Assembly (NCBI RefSeq): GCF_018977255.1
Contig: NW_024704742.1
Location: forward strand, 13,766,001 to 13,830,000
DNA from: Callorhinchus milii
Taxonomy: Eukaryota
DNA length: 64,000 bases
Direction of reading: 5' to 3'
Shown here: piece by piece, positions 51,975 to 64,000 of the stretch
Numbering within the stretch: position 1 is the stretch's first letter
Layout of the letters: the number at the start of each line of letters is the position of its first letter
Notes under the pieces: model-generated
What the model saw: only the letters and a program-made list of their open reading frames with translations
Told to the model about the DNA's origin: nothing
The model's database searches: none
Program-made: the position numbers and the translations under genes

Positions 51975-52175
51975 GTCTTTCTCCCTCCTTCCTCCCTTCC
52001 ATCATTTCACTTCCCTTCTTTCCCTCCTCCTCTGCATATCCTCCTCTCCCTAAACATATCTCCCTTCTTTCTCCCTTTCTTCCTATCTGCTCCCACTCAC
52101 TTCCCCCACTCACCCCTCCCCTCCCACTTACGTCTCCCCTCCCTCTTAACCTCTCTCCCTTCTTCTCTCCGTCCC
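51975..52175. repeat. Polypyrimidine (CT-rich) low-complexity tract
   Basis: About 200 bp of nearly all C/T. Confidence 0.85.
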
Positions 52176-53174
52176 TTTGTTGCAAGAGAAAAACAGATGA
52201 TTTGTTGACACCTGTGTGGCAAATTGGTGTCCTTTTATGTAATTCTGAATAATTTCTTCCAGATGAAGAAAATTGACTGCTCAGTGTCAAATTACCCATC
52301 GGCTGATAAGTGCATCTTGCAAACGCTTTGAGCAAGGATTTTAAAGAGGGCGATTGCTTGTTACAACATCAGAAAAACACAATCGACACAAAGCCTTTAG
52401 TGACAGATCATGCTGGTCTCTGGCTGTTTGAAGAACTGCCCCTCTGGTGCCAATCCAATTTGTCAAGCAGGCGGCTTTTGGCCCACTGCAGGGAACTATT
52501 GGCATGTGGTGGCTGCTAACTGGCTTGGTACTGCAGGTGTTTAATTGTCTGAGACAATCACTTGCCTGTGAAATAAGGCACTTAATGATAGCTTCCTCCT
52601 TCCTCCAGATGGAGAATATGAATGAGCACTTGGCCCAACGATAGCTAAATTGCTCTTAGTGTTTCCATTGGAAGTGCAAACTGTTTTGCTGATTAATATC
52701 CCAGAATAGCAGGTTATGAAGTGAACTTTTCATTATACAGCATTAGGATCTGAGAGGTAATTGTGTTCATATATTAATTGGTATTGTAGATTCAGTGGTA
52801 CTGAGGGAGGGATATTGTGAAGCATCGCACTGGGGCATCTCAGCTTTGAAGATATAAAAACAAATTAAGATTAGCTGAAGCTTGTGGATACAATAGCAGG
52901 TATCAGGAAGCTGCTGGACTAAGGGCAGGTGCAAGCAGCATGAGAGGTATGTTTGCAAGGCTGCACTTTCTCTGGACTAATGAAAAAGAAGTGAGGAAAC
53001 TCTTCATTTGATGTGTGTACTGGTCTTTTGTTGATTTCATATAGGACAACTTCTTTTTCAGATGAGCAGATTGTTTGTTTCGTGCAAAAAGGATCAAAAT
53101 ATTTAGTACAATTAAATAATAAAATGACACTCTTTGTTTTAATATGGGCTTTTCATGGTTAAATATGATGTTTA

Positions 53175-53412
53175 AGCGCTCTGAGATGCTGTCCAGGTGG
53201 ACAGCGCTATAGAAATCCAAGCTGTTGTTGTTTTTGTATGTTTAGCATTTTGGTAGCAATTTATGAGGAAGCTTGATGCGGACATAAGGGAGAGGGCAAT
53301 AGAGTGATATTGTAGAGGGGAATAAGAGGGTTGGAGGCTTATATAGAGTATGAACACTGGCATGGATTAGTTGGGCTGAATGGCCTATTTCTGTGCTGTA
53401 TTATTTTGTGTA
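53175..53412 (+). mobile_element. Short L2-type tail followed by a CR1 3' end
   Basis: AGCGCTCTGAGATG..GCGCTATAGAAAT..GTTGTTG; then TTGGGCTGAATGGCCTATTTCTGTGCTGTA. Confidence 0.65.
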
Positions 53413-53489
53413 GTATTAAAGTCACTCTTGAAACTAGTTTTGACTGCTGATATCTCTTACATGAGGAATTCAGTACTTTATGGATTCAA

Positions 53490-53615
53490 GCGCAATTGGC
53501 TGCCATGTTTTGCCCATGAAATATAGTCAATTCACTTTACAATGTATTCTGTGAAGCACTTTGAGTCATCTCAAAGACATGATAAGGTGCTATATCAAAT
53601 CCAAGGGTTATTATA
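53490..53615 (+). mobile_element. 5'-truncated SINE (3' half)
   Basis: GCGCAATTGGCTGCC..GTCAATTCACTTTAC..GATAAGGTGCTATATCAAAT. Confidence 0.8.
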
Positions 53616-56600
53616 AGGATGTTTAAAAATGGTTAGTTACTCAACTATTCACAAGGAAAAATTGATCATGTATAAAAGAAGATTGTAAAATTTGCTAACG
53701 CTTATTTGAAAATTAGCTTGGTGGTTTAAATTAAATTCTAGCAATTTGGGATAGGATTTTTTTGCTATAGATATTTCAGATAAACATTCTAAGTGTTTTG
53801 GGGTTAATGTAAATCTTTGAATTGTTTCTGCCCCCATATGTAGACAAACTACCCCCTGGTTTAGGATTCCTCTGCAGTTTTCTGTCAATCAGCTGGTGGG
53901 ATGGAATGGCACTGGGCTCCCCACATGTACTGTCAATGCTATTCTACAACTTGTGACCTCTAAGCAGAGTCCTGTGTGGGACACTGATCCTGTGAGAGGT
54001 TTGTTGTCCCAGTAGCTGCCCCCCACTGAAATGTTTTGCTCTATTTCTGTATGCTATTCTGTCTGGTGGCTCTACCAGCAGCTGGTAAACCTCAGCAAAT
54101 TTGACCAGGAGCATTTGAATGACAGGCAAGGTTAGAATTCAAGCTCATGAGCCATTAGTTGTGAGTCTAATCCTCCACTGTCAAAGCATAAACACATTTA
54201 ATATGACATATGCAAAGTTTGAGTTCCAGACAAGCTGTATAAATCATAAAAAACTAGTTCAATCAATAATCTCCACTGCATATACGTAACTTAATGCAGT
54301 CTGTAATTGCACGTGCGCTCTCTTGAGATGCTAATCTTATTTATTTGATGCACGGTTCAATGGAATTGCCTTTTCTCTACACTTATACCCTAACTATTGT
54401 TACAAAACATGGAATACTTTGCGAAACTCAAAGACTGTCTTTTAATCTGGCTTTCATAGACTATTCCATTCTTTCCTAACACCTTATACAGTATTATCCC
54501 TGGACTTTTGCTGCACCTGTTTTTGAATACCTCTTTCTTAGATCGCAGGCCTTGAGGTTCATATTTGGTCACTGAGTTTGAACACTTTATTTTTTTTTTA
54601 CATTTTCCTATGTTTTTCACCCATTTCCAAAATTACTTCCTCACGCAGGGGTACAGTTCCATATTCAATGATCGTCGCCCAAGTGACCATTCGTCATGTT
54701 TGAGCCTATGTAGCGGGAATCGACAGTCCTAGCTGATTTTTTCTTTCTTCAGGTTATCTTTGCTAAAGTCACTTGTAATACAATTACAATTGTTGCTCCA
54801 CTGAGATCAGCTAACTCAGGCCAGATCTGGGACTACCTGGTTCAAACCCTCTCTCTATAGCAAAAACTTCACAAAGTATACCTCGCGCTTTTAATCCTTT
54901 GGTTGCTTGTACAGCTTTGTGACTGTTGCATTACATTACAGTAAAACAGCTCACAAATTCTTGTCTTGATTCACATGTTCATTAAGAGACTGAAATGGAA
55001 TAGAAGTGTCCACTGAGACTTCTCTTCTGTGTGCTTTTTTCATCTTGTTTTATAAAAAGAGCTTTATAGATGATCAAGTAAGTGTAATGCATCAGTTAGG
55101 TTTATAAACTTACCCATCTAGGTTCTAGAAATTATTTAGGTTTGGTCTAAGGGATGATTCAAGGGTGATTATTAGAGCACGGATGATGGTATTGATTCCT
55201 GCATTTGAAGCTAAACTAGCTCCAGGGTGAAAGAATGAATATAGTATTAATAAAGTCTTGCAATATCACTTTTCATTTACTCCATATTGATTAGCTGTCA
55301 GCAACAAGCTCTGTGTTCCGAATTGAAACTGGTGTTGGCTAATTGTTTGATTTATATATTTTTTATAGAAATTAAGAGCTTTGATACCAAGTGCTATATT
55401 TCCTCACAGTTGTAGCACTGCTGAATTTAGTAAATTAATTGGGGTGCACAAATACTTATAGAAGCAGTGCGATTCCCCTTGGTCCCATCCTAGAAGGTGG
55501 TATGCAAGCAAATAGGATGGTGTTAAAATCACCTTTATTTCCTTTGTGCTTAAATCTCACATTATTATCGCCATTGGATCATTATTTTGATAACTGCTGG
55601 AAATAGAAAAATCCTTGTTTAATCCTTGTCTCATTTACTTTTCTGAGACAAAGCTTTATACTATAGTTCAATTGATACTGAAACAATATGTTTCAAGATC
55701 TGTTTCTTTTGTAAAATCTGGCAAAAATAACTCTTTGGAATAACAACAATTTAAACTTCTAATCTGTGGTTCACGTTGGGAGAAGTTACTAAGCACTTCA
55801 CAAAGAGAGCTGGGATGGAGGTGGGTGGGGGGCAGTGGGTACAGAGATTTGTCGACAGCACAGTCAAAAAGGTAGGTTTTCAGGTAGGATTTGGAAAAAA
55901 AAGAAGTGAAGTGGCTCCAGCACCTTGGGATGTTGTCCTGACATGAGTGGCGCTATTCAAATGTAATTTTGTTGTTGTTTTTGTCCCTTATTGTCCCTTT
56001 CTGAAATGCCATGCCATCACGTGTTAAGGAACCATAGAGTCTTACTCACAGAAAAATGCCATTCATCAGATCAAGTTTGTTGTTTTTTTCTTATCTTATT
56101 TTCTCTTATCTAATTCTGTGTTTTTTTTAAAAAAAGATTTGACTTTATCATTGATTTTTGTCAGGGAATTCCATATTCTCATCATCCTATGTGAAAATAA
56201 CTTGTTTTTTTGACCTTCCTTTAAATTTTTTTTGATTATCTTAAATTTGTGTCCTCCTCAGTTCAAATAATATGTATTTTTCTGTCCGTGTCCCAGAACC
56301 ATGTACTGTATAATTGTGCCACTAGTTTATGTTGTGTTCACATTTATTATAAATACAGTATTACAAAGGGGACACATTCTCTAATGTAGTTTATATTAAG
56401 GTTAGAAATTGGCCATGAGAATTCTGGACTTTCTGCAACTTGGCACAATGCTATTACATATGGAATTGGACACGAAATTAGATATTATCCCGTGTTGCCC
56501 TAAAATGCAATCTTAGATTCAAGGAAGAAAAATGAGTTGCTATTTTGATTTTTAAACCCATTCTACTCTCTATTTTAATTGTAATAGTGCAGTCCTATTG

Positions 56601-57477
56601 TTTTAGTACACTGTGCCATTGCACCGCATAATGGGTTACTCTGTTCATGGCTGTAATGATGCCCCATGTCAGGTCTTCAATTCTTCCCTCCTGGTGCACA
56701 TATCAATTAATACTGTACCTCGATTGTTTTTTGACCTTTCACATAAAAAGCAATACCACTATGTCTAGTGACTTTGAGAACATATCTTAACAATGGCTGA
56801 ATACCACCTGTTTGCACAAGTTCAATGTTCCTTATTGACATGACATATGAACCAGTAGCAGTCAGCAAGGAAGGTGAGACAACGATCTTTACCTTTCATC
56901 ACCTTTGTTCACAAAATTATATGAGATGTCAGATTAGTTACAGACTTTCCTCTGAGTTAGTAAAATGTGCAACTCCAAGAATCTGGATCCATTTGCATTG
57001 CAGGAATGGAAAGTTCTTAAAACTTGTGCTTGGTTGCATTTTACTTGGGGTAAAATTCTTTGGATGGAAAATCTGAATGTCATTATTCTGCTTCTTTTCT
57101 TGCCCAAGAAGCAAAGGAGTGAAGAAGCCCCGAGTATTTCTAATACACTAAGACCTTGGTTTCTGCACCTGGAGAGAAGTCCCTTATTGTCCCTTACTGA
57201 AATGCTATTACTTCAGTATTTAGCCCTGCCAAGTTGCATTTCCTCTTTGAAGGTTAAATTTCATCACCATATTGACAGTTCGGGCTATGGTGTGGAAAGT
57301 GTATTTTGACCTTGTGAAGGTCTCTTTAAGTATTGTGGACTTAGAACTGTATAGTTTTACAGCATAGTGTCTGTGCTGATTCTTCAGCGACTTGGGACAT
57401 TGTTCCGACAAGAAAGGCGCTATGTGTATATATAAGTTGTTGTTCTTTGAAAGAGTATCTGGAAGGCATCAATTTAG

Positions 57478-58100
57478 GATAGTAAACAAGCAAATGGAGA
57501 GGTTAGGAGAAATATTTTTCATGCACAGAGTAATTAGGAAATGGAATACCTTGTCTGGGAGCAATGGTTGAGACAGATTCCATATTAGCCTTCAGAAGGG
57601 AGCTAGACAAATAGCTTTTAAAGAGGCAGCTGAAGGGGTATGGGAAAATGGCAGATAAATGGGACTGAAAGGATTCTCTTGAGGGAGTTGGCACAGACAC
57701 GATGAGCCAAATGGTCTTCTTCTGTGCTGTAAATTTCTATGATGCTAATCATCTTGAATTCATGCCCCCTAGACATTGACACACTGACTCGCTGCCCAAT
57801 TAAATAATTTCTCCCAATTTGTTCTATTAAGTCCTTCTATCAGATATTCCTCAACCTTCTATGTTTCAAAGAAAATAGGCTGGTTCTTTGCCATAGGTCA
57901 AACCACTCATCCTTGGCTTCATATAAGTAAATCTGTTTTGTATCTTTTCTATAGCCTTGACATCTTTCTTGAAGTGGGATGACCAAAACCAGACACAATA
58001 TTGATAAATGCGGGCTAATAACAATTTATTCAGATTAAGCATAAATCTCTTTGGTTTTATATTCTTCCTTTTAACAAAACTTTAACTAGCTTTAGGAACT
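57478..58100. mobile_element. CR1 3' end (+, 57478-57745) abutting a minus-strand CR1 relic (57745-58100)
   Basis: Ends CTGTGCTGTAAATTTCTATGATGC; then AGCCTTGACATCTTTCTTGAAGTGGGATGACCAAAACCAGACACAATA. Confidence 0.75.
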
Positions 58101-58974
58101 TGCTTTTTGACTCTTGATAATTGAAGAATGTTAACTGATGCATACTCTCCTTAATGTTCTTAGATATTTTTAGATTTATTCCCCAGACTAGTGTCCCGTA
58201 TGAGCCTCAATGTTGTATTCAAGCTATTATGAATTTTGTCTTTCAAGCCCTTCTGTGAGATTTCTGTTAAAATGATTGATTTCCCACTGTATATAACTGA
58301 ATAAGCATATCAACAATATATACTTGTTACCATCATCCTATTATATTTATAGATTATCAGAAATAGAAATAGACAAGCATAAGCCTGCACTGGAATTTTT
58401 TATTCTGTCATTTTGTCTTTATATTGATAATGAGTTGCCAGTCTAATTTATCTAATAGTTTGGAAGCAGGTTTCATGTCATAGATATTAAGAGGCACATT
58501 GGAAATCTATATTTTTTTACACACGCAAAAAACCTAAGGCTCTCTTGAAGGCTTTCTCATGGCTGGAAGAGGTCACCTGGAAGAATAATTCTGGCCAGGA
58601 TGCTGGACTTGATCTAATGTAGTAATGGGAGGACAGTATGGTGAATCTGGAAGGCTGAAGGAATATTTGAATCTCTCTTGCTCAATTTATGGAGATGAAA
58701 AGAATATAAAAATACAAAAGAAGGCTTGATGAAACTGGATTTCCAGATGTTTACATTAAAGCGGCAAATGCTGAGATCATAGACTTGTGAATATGGGGTA
58801 CAGTAGATTTCATTGTTCAACTCAGTCAAACTTCATGGCTGTATCATGCCTCATTTGGTGTTCACTTTTGACTCTAGCTCAAAATGTTATGGGTTCATGC
58901 CCCATGTTCAGACTTCAATTCGATATCTAGACTAACATAATCTTATAAAACTCTTGCATTCAATTTAAACCGTA

Positions 58975-59395
58975 AACCCCCATCCTCGCCCAGCTCCACT
59001 GGCTCCTCATTCCCCAGAGGATAGAGTTAAAATTCCTCGTCCTCCCTCTCGAAGCCCTCCACGGTCTTGCTCCTTCCTACCTCTGTGACTGCTTCCTACG
59101 CTCAGTCAACTCCAGCCTGCTCCACATGCCCTGCCCTGACAGCCCCACCATCGACACTCAAGCTTTCTGCTCTCTGCCCTTGGAACTCCATCCCACCATC
59201 CCTTTGCCTCATCCCCTCCTTTGCCTCCTTCAAGGCCCTTCTAAAGGCTTTCCTCTTCAATCGTGCCTTTGTCACACTCCTACTCTCCAGCCTTCCTGAT
59301 CCCAACCCCCAGCTTGGATGCAAATCTTTGACTGGCTAGCAGCTTGGGACATCCTCTTGACATAAAAGGAGCTATACAAATGTAATTTGTTGTTT
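58975..59395 (+). mobile_element. L2 3' fragment
   Basis: ORF remnant PWNSIPPSLCLIPSFASFKALLKAFLFNRAF; tail GGGACATCCTCTTGAC..TGTAATTTGTTGTT. Confidence 0.88.
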
Positions 59396-60334
59396 TCAGT
59401 ACTGCAAATTGTTTTGCAAAATTCTGAAAAAAACCTTATACTTTAAGCCTGAAAATCTGAGAATTGTTGCCCCCTGAACTTTATAGAAGTACATTAAGAA
59501 GCTATCACTGATTTTTTTTTTTGTCTTCTGATTCCATTAATCATAAAAGGAAGAAAAATCTATGAAAAAAGTTTTAAGTGGAAAATTTCCTTTGAATGGT
59601 CCCCAAGGGAATAAGTGCTGTAGAGCAGAACTACTGCGTAGATGTTTTGAGAATATAATGCACATTTTCGATTTAGCTACTGTTAAATTCTTGTAACATA
59701 ATTTTCATCTGTAGTAGTTAGCAATAAGATTTATTACTTACTCAGAGAAGGGGTTATAGGCAAATTACCAATAAGTTTAGAAAGAGAAAATATCAAACCC
59801 AATGGCATCTGGCAACAGGATAATGATATTATTGATGAAGTCGCTGAAAAGATATAAGGAATCAACAGACCAAACCTAATAGGTAACTCAGGAAATGCTG
59901 GACTTTCACAATAAGAAGCAACTTGAATCATTTTAAGATGAATGATCCACAAGCAAATGAGTATTATAAACAATTTAAGTAAGAAATGGAGTAAGTATAA
60001 TTATGCCAAGAACACTTAGCTTAAAGACAGATAGAGTGCGAAGCTAGATACCAACTTGGTACCTTGCTTCAGTAAATCAAGAGTCTTGCAAAGTTGCTGT
60101 ATCTAGATGAGCAAAGTTAATGAAGGATGAACCAAATAAAATCCTCATGGCTGGCCAGACAAGAGCTGTTAACCAAGTATTTTGCTGAATTTTTCAGTCA
60201 CTAGTAAAAAGCAAAGATTGGATAAATTTCTATCAGCATTGGTTGACCAACCAATACCCTCTGTAAAAATTGTGACTTTCTATACTGAAAACCTTGGAAA
60301 TGGAAAGTTCCCAAGATGTGAAAAATATTACTTG

Positions 60335-60620
60335 ACCTTGCTCTCCGGAACTCTCTCCTGAAACCTCCACCTCCACCTCAGCGCCTTGGGACGTCCTCCC
60401 GACGTGAAAGGCGCTCTATAAATGGAATCTTGTTGTTGTTGTTGTTTCTGCTTTCAAAACCTGCTTAAAACCCCATCTCTTTGATGAAGCCTTCAGCCAT
60501 ACACACACATTTCCCTGTTCACTTAAACCATCCCTTCTACATCACCTCCCTGTTGGGGCTCCTACTCCATCTTTGAAAAGCACTATGTGAAAGATGCTAT
60601 GCGTGCAAGTTGTTGTTTGT
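60335..60620 (+). mobile_element. Old L2 3' relic containing a young about 65 bp L2 tail insertion (60379-60445)
   Basis: CAGCGCCTTGGGACGTCCTCCCGACGTGAAAGGCGC..(GTT)n interrupts CCTCCACCT/CTGCTTTCAAAACCTGCTTAAAACCC. Confidence 0.7.
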
Positions 60621-60789
60621 TATACTTTTACTGAGGAAATTGTATACACTGCTTCTCTAAAAGCAGTGTAAATTGGTAAATTCATAGACCTTGACTGTGT
60701 CGGCTTAAAATAGTGAACCTCTCACTATAAACTAATCACCAAGGTCTGTAAGTTTACCAACCCTTGAAAAATCACCACCGTTATAGTTC

Positions 60790-60933
60790 CTTGGGACACT
60801 GCTGTGCCCAATTGGCTGCCGCATTTTGCCAACAAGATATACAGTGAATTCACTTGATTGTGAAGGGCTTTGAGACGTGATCATAAACGACGTGATAAGG
60901 TGCTATACCAAATGCAAGGATTATCATTATTAT
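60790..60933 (+). mobile_element. 5'-truncated SINE (3' half)
   Basis: TGGGACACTGCTGTGCCCAATTGGCTGCCGC..AAATGCAAGGATTATCATTATT. Confidence 0.8.
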
Positions 60934-61699
60934 GACACTTAATAAAAGGGAAAGAGAGGATTTGTGTTATATTAGAACGTTTCTTCTAAAATGAAAGATC
61001 ACTATTTGGGCAACTAAAGTGTTCAATTTAGTTTGTTTTGTTACCAAGACTGTGACTACTGTTGAATAGCTGTTGCACGTTAGTTCACATTTATTCAGAA
61101 TTCTTATTCATCTTTGATGTTAACTGAAGGAGAAAAATACACCTCTGGATTGTATCGAGCTCTGACATATACTGAAACTGATTTTTTTTAAAAAATCAAA
61201 AGATGCAGGTTTCTGGTGTGATAATGGACATGAAAAGCTGTATAGCATCATATGTAACTTTTGGAAACAAGTGAATGAAAGATCAAGACACATTAAAATA
61301 GAGCTGTTCAGTTGAAGCAAAAGATGAGTGTTTCTTGTATTCCCAGGACAACACTTAATCTCTCGGTTGAGAAATTTCTGATGAGACTTCACTGATGTTC
61401 ATATATATCAGAATATTTAGAATCCAGCAAGTCTGACAGCAATGTATTTTAAAAGTTGGTTATTTTCTTCATTTTTTCTCTGCTGAATTTTTATGTACAT
61501 CAATGAAGGCTGTTGGTGCTGAAACATGGATCAAGTTCCATTTAAGGCACCCAGTGTTAGCATCCAGCGCACTCTGTTCAGATGCAGCAGGAGAAGATGC
61601 AGAACAAAGCTCCTGCTACCCTAACTCAACAATGTGCCATGTCCAGTTGCTTAAATTTGTGACACAGATTTGTTTGGACATGTGCCTTATATACCATAA

Positions 61700-61990
61700 G
61701 ATTAACTTACATTAAAATGCATAACCCTTATGTTTAGTATAGGGCCTTTCATGTTGGAAGGACATTCTAAGTAGTTCACAGGATTTGCTATAAAGTGCTG
61801 TGCCTGTGCTTCATGGGAGAATGCTGGCAGCCAATTTGTGCACAGCAATGCCCCACAAATAGCCATGAAATGACCCATGTAGCACATCACTAGCACTACA
61901 TGGAGTATCAGGTTGGACTATATGGGTTCTAAGTTCTGATGGTAGGGCTTCAATCCACAATCTTCTGACTCAGAGCACTACCAACTAAGC
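61700..61990 (-). mobile_element. Deu-domain SINE relic with central deletion
   Basis: GGCAGCCAATTTGTGCACAGCAATGCCCCACAAA; head CCACAATCTTCTGACTCAGAG. Confidence 0.7.
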
Positions 61991-62506
61991 AAGCACTTTG
62001 AGATAGTCTTCTGATGTGAATGTATTGTATTGTAATTGATACCTTTAAGGTTCCCTCTCAAGCCACGCAGAGCGATACTGCTGTACCTGTGTTCACCCAC
62101 CATCAAGTCATATGAATGACCAAATGAAATGAAGCTCTTTAAGGCAAAGCAGTTCTTTAACTTATTTTTTAAGGAGCTAATTTATGCAATATTGTGGAAA
62201 CCCAGTTGTCAGAGTATATCATCTCTCCATTGCATACAGTGTTGAGACACAGTAGCCCCCTGTACCATTCTGTGATCCCCTTTCTTGGAATGTCTCAGAG
62301 TCAACTGAAGAGAAAGTTTGGGGCTTCATTCCATGACATTATGTCTGATGCATCGCTCCATCTAGAAAGTGGCAGGTATCTCCAGTGGGGTGTCATCCTC
62401 TTCACATAGTGATGTGCATTCTTTAAGAATACATGGCATGCATAAAAATTCAATGAAACCGAATTATATTCTGACAGAATTGATCCATCTCAAGATATTA
62501 ACTCGT

Positions 62507-62826
62507 GGAGTCCTGTAGCTCAGTGGTTAGAGCACTCGCTTTGCAAGCGAGAGACCTGAGTTCAATTCCAGGCAGGGCGAAACCTTGGGCAAGTTTCCTT
62601 ACTCCACACAGAGCCTAATAATAATCCCTCCAAAAACCCAAAACAATAATAAATTGGTCATTTTCAATCTACGACTGTTTGTGGGACATTGCTGTGCGCA
62701 ATTGGCTGCCGCTTTCGCCCACAAATATACAGTCAATTCACTTTACAGTGTATTCTGTGTAGTGCTTTGGGACGTCCTCCCGACGTGAAAAGCGCGATAT
62801 CAAATTCAAGGATTATTATTATTATT
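62507..62826 (+). mobile_element. tRNA-derived SINE, short variant, CTCCC-loop tail (young)
   Basis: Full length, (ATT)n tail. Confidence 0.96.
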
Positions 62827-63584
62827 AAAATTTACATTTTACCTACGATCCATGGTGATTGTCGTTTAACATAGACAAAATTGCTTTAGCATTTTGCATA
62901 TTTACTAATACAAAGGGAGACATCGCACGTTGCTCACAAAAAATAGAACCTTTTCACTATGTCATCCTAATGGAAAATTCTAGTATAAAGAGTCAAGAGT
63001 TTAGTGTCTGCAGTGATCAATGTAGGAAAGCCCGCAAAGACTTCACAATATCCTTGCTTTTGATATAGTGCCCTTCATATCAGGAGAACATCTCAAAGCG
63101 CTTTGATACATTTGTTTTGCATAATTTTTTTTAAGTAGTTGTATGGTGGCACCGCAGACAAGAATATTCCTGGCTCAAACTCCAGTCTGCTCAGTTTATT
63201 GCTTCAATGCTATTCTGTTTGGATAGGCTGAGCAGAGGTAAGTGTCTACCTGCAGAAAGAAACATGGGATGTCATTAGCGAGCTGTTGCAGCATGAATCC
63301 TAGCAGCTAGCTGAGAATGGGTTTGCCAAAGGACTGTTCTGTCATAGAAAATTTAAGCTAAACGTTGCTGCATATCCTTCACCAGAGACCTTTGTGGAGC
63401 CAAAGGTATATCTATAACTGAATATAAATACAACAGTGCATTTATGCTATTTGAATAGGTCAGAAAAGAAGAATCAAAGTAAGGTGAACTCATTAAACAT
63501 TAAGGTGAATTAGCACATACTAATTGCCATGAAATAGAAAATATAGAGTGAGGGGGTGAGAGCGAGGGTTACAAGGCAGGAATT

Positions 63585-63695
63585 TCACCCACAATTTGTA
63601 CAGTCGATTTGCTTTACAGTATATTCTGTGAAGCGCTTTGAGATGCCTCAAAGATGTTGATGAGGTGCTGTATCAAAATGCAAGGATTGTTATTT
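63585..63695 (+). mobile_element. SINE 3' tail fragment
   Basis: CTTTACAGTATATTCTGTGAAGCGCTTTGAGATG..AAATGCAAGGATTGTTATT. Confidence 0.75.
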
Positions 63696-64000
63696 TTGCG
63701 ATTTAAAATGTAAGGTGTTTTCCAAGTCAATAACTTTTGGAGAAAATTGGTTCTGTCAATGTGGTCATGTTAGAGACAATTGTTTTTTTTGCATTTCCTG
63801 TAGCTGCATGGGAGATATTGTTGTTAAGATCACTTTCTCTGGCATGTGGATAAAGGAAAGCTGAGTGATTGCCTACCTGAAATCCCAGAATGTACAGCAA
63901 AGCAGCAGACATTTGACCCATTGAGTTTATACTGGTGCTACCTCTTCCACTTAAAGCTTCCATTTTAATCTCAAAGACCTGTTCTTTCGCTGTAACTTTC

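Noticed and set aside
51955..52335. 126-aa Gly/Glu/Arg-rich ORF
   Set aside because: Arises from the CT-rich low-complexity tract
49020..54840. Possible ancient SINE relics at 49020-49250, 53900-54150 and 54650-54845
   Set aside because: Resemblance is only from memory and internal similarity is too weak to annotate without a search
9393..62874. Recurring short ORFs (MGKFPYST.., MESCSSVVRALA.., RNWLPRSPTNIQSIHF..) as a small-protein family
   Set aside because: All are chance translations of SINE copies with variable frames and stops
1..64000. CRISPR array, prokaryotic operon or miRNA genes
   Set aside because: No regularly spaced repeat-spacer array and no gene-dense ORFs; seed-like words (e.g. 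TGAGGTAG near 46256, TACCCTGTAG near 13186) do not extend into known mature miRNAs

Overview
AT-rich, repeat-dense vertebrate non-coding DNA (large intron or intergenic region). I could not support any host protein-coding exon. The repeats point to a cartilaginous fish, most likely a holocephalan such as Callorhinchus; this is recognition from memory, not a database result. Contents: about 15 near-full-length copies of a tRNA(Ala-like)-headed SINE in short and long variants, many older Deu-domain (SacSINE1/AmnSINE1-like) SINE relics, L2 and CR1 LINE fragments (two with reverse-transcriptase remnants), a 458-bp solo LTR with a 4-bp TSD, an inverted Penelope-like remnant with a decayed minimal hammerhead motif, foldback MITE-like elements and several repeat-free blocks that may be conserved regulatory elements. 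The most unusual signals are mechanistic. Two SINEs carry 57-64 bp copies of nearby genomic DNA at their 5' junction. The SINE 3' stem-loop keeps its stem but has alternative loops, one identical to the co-resident L2 LINE. There is also a three-level SINE>Penelope-like>CR1 nest. No new protein-coding system is evident.
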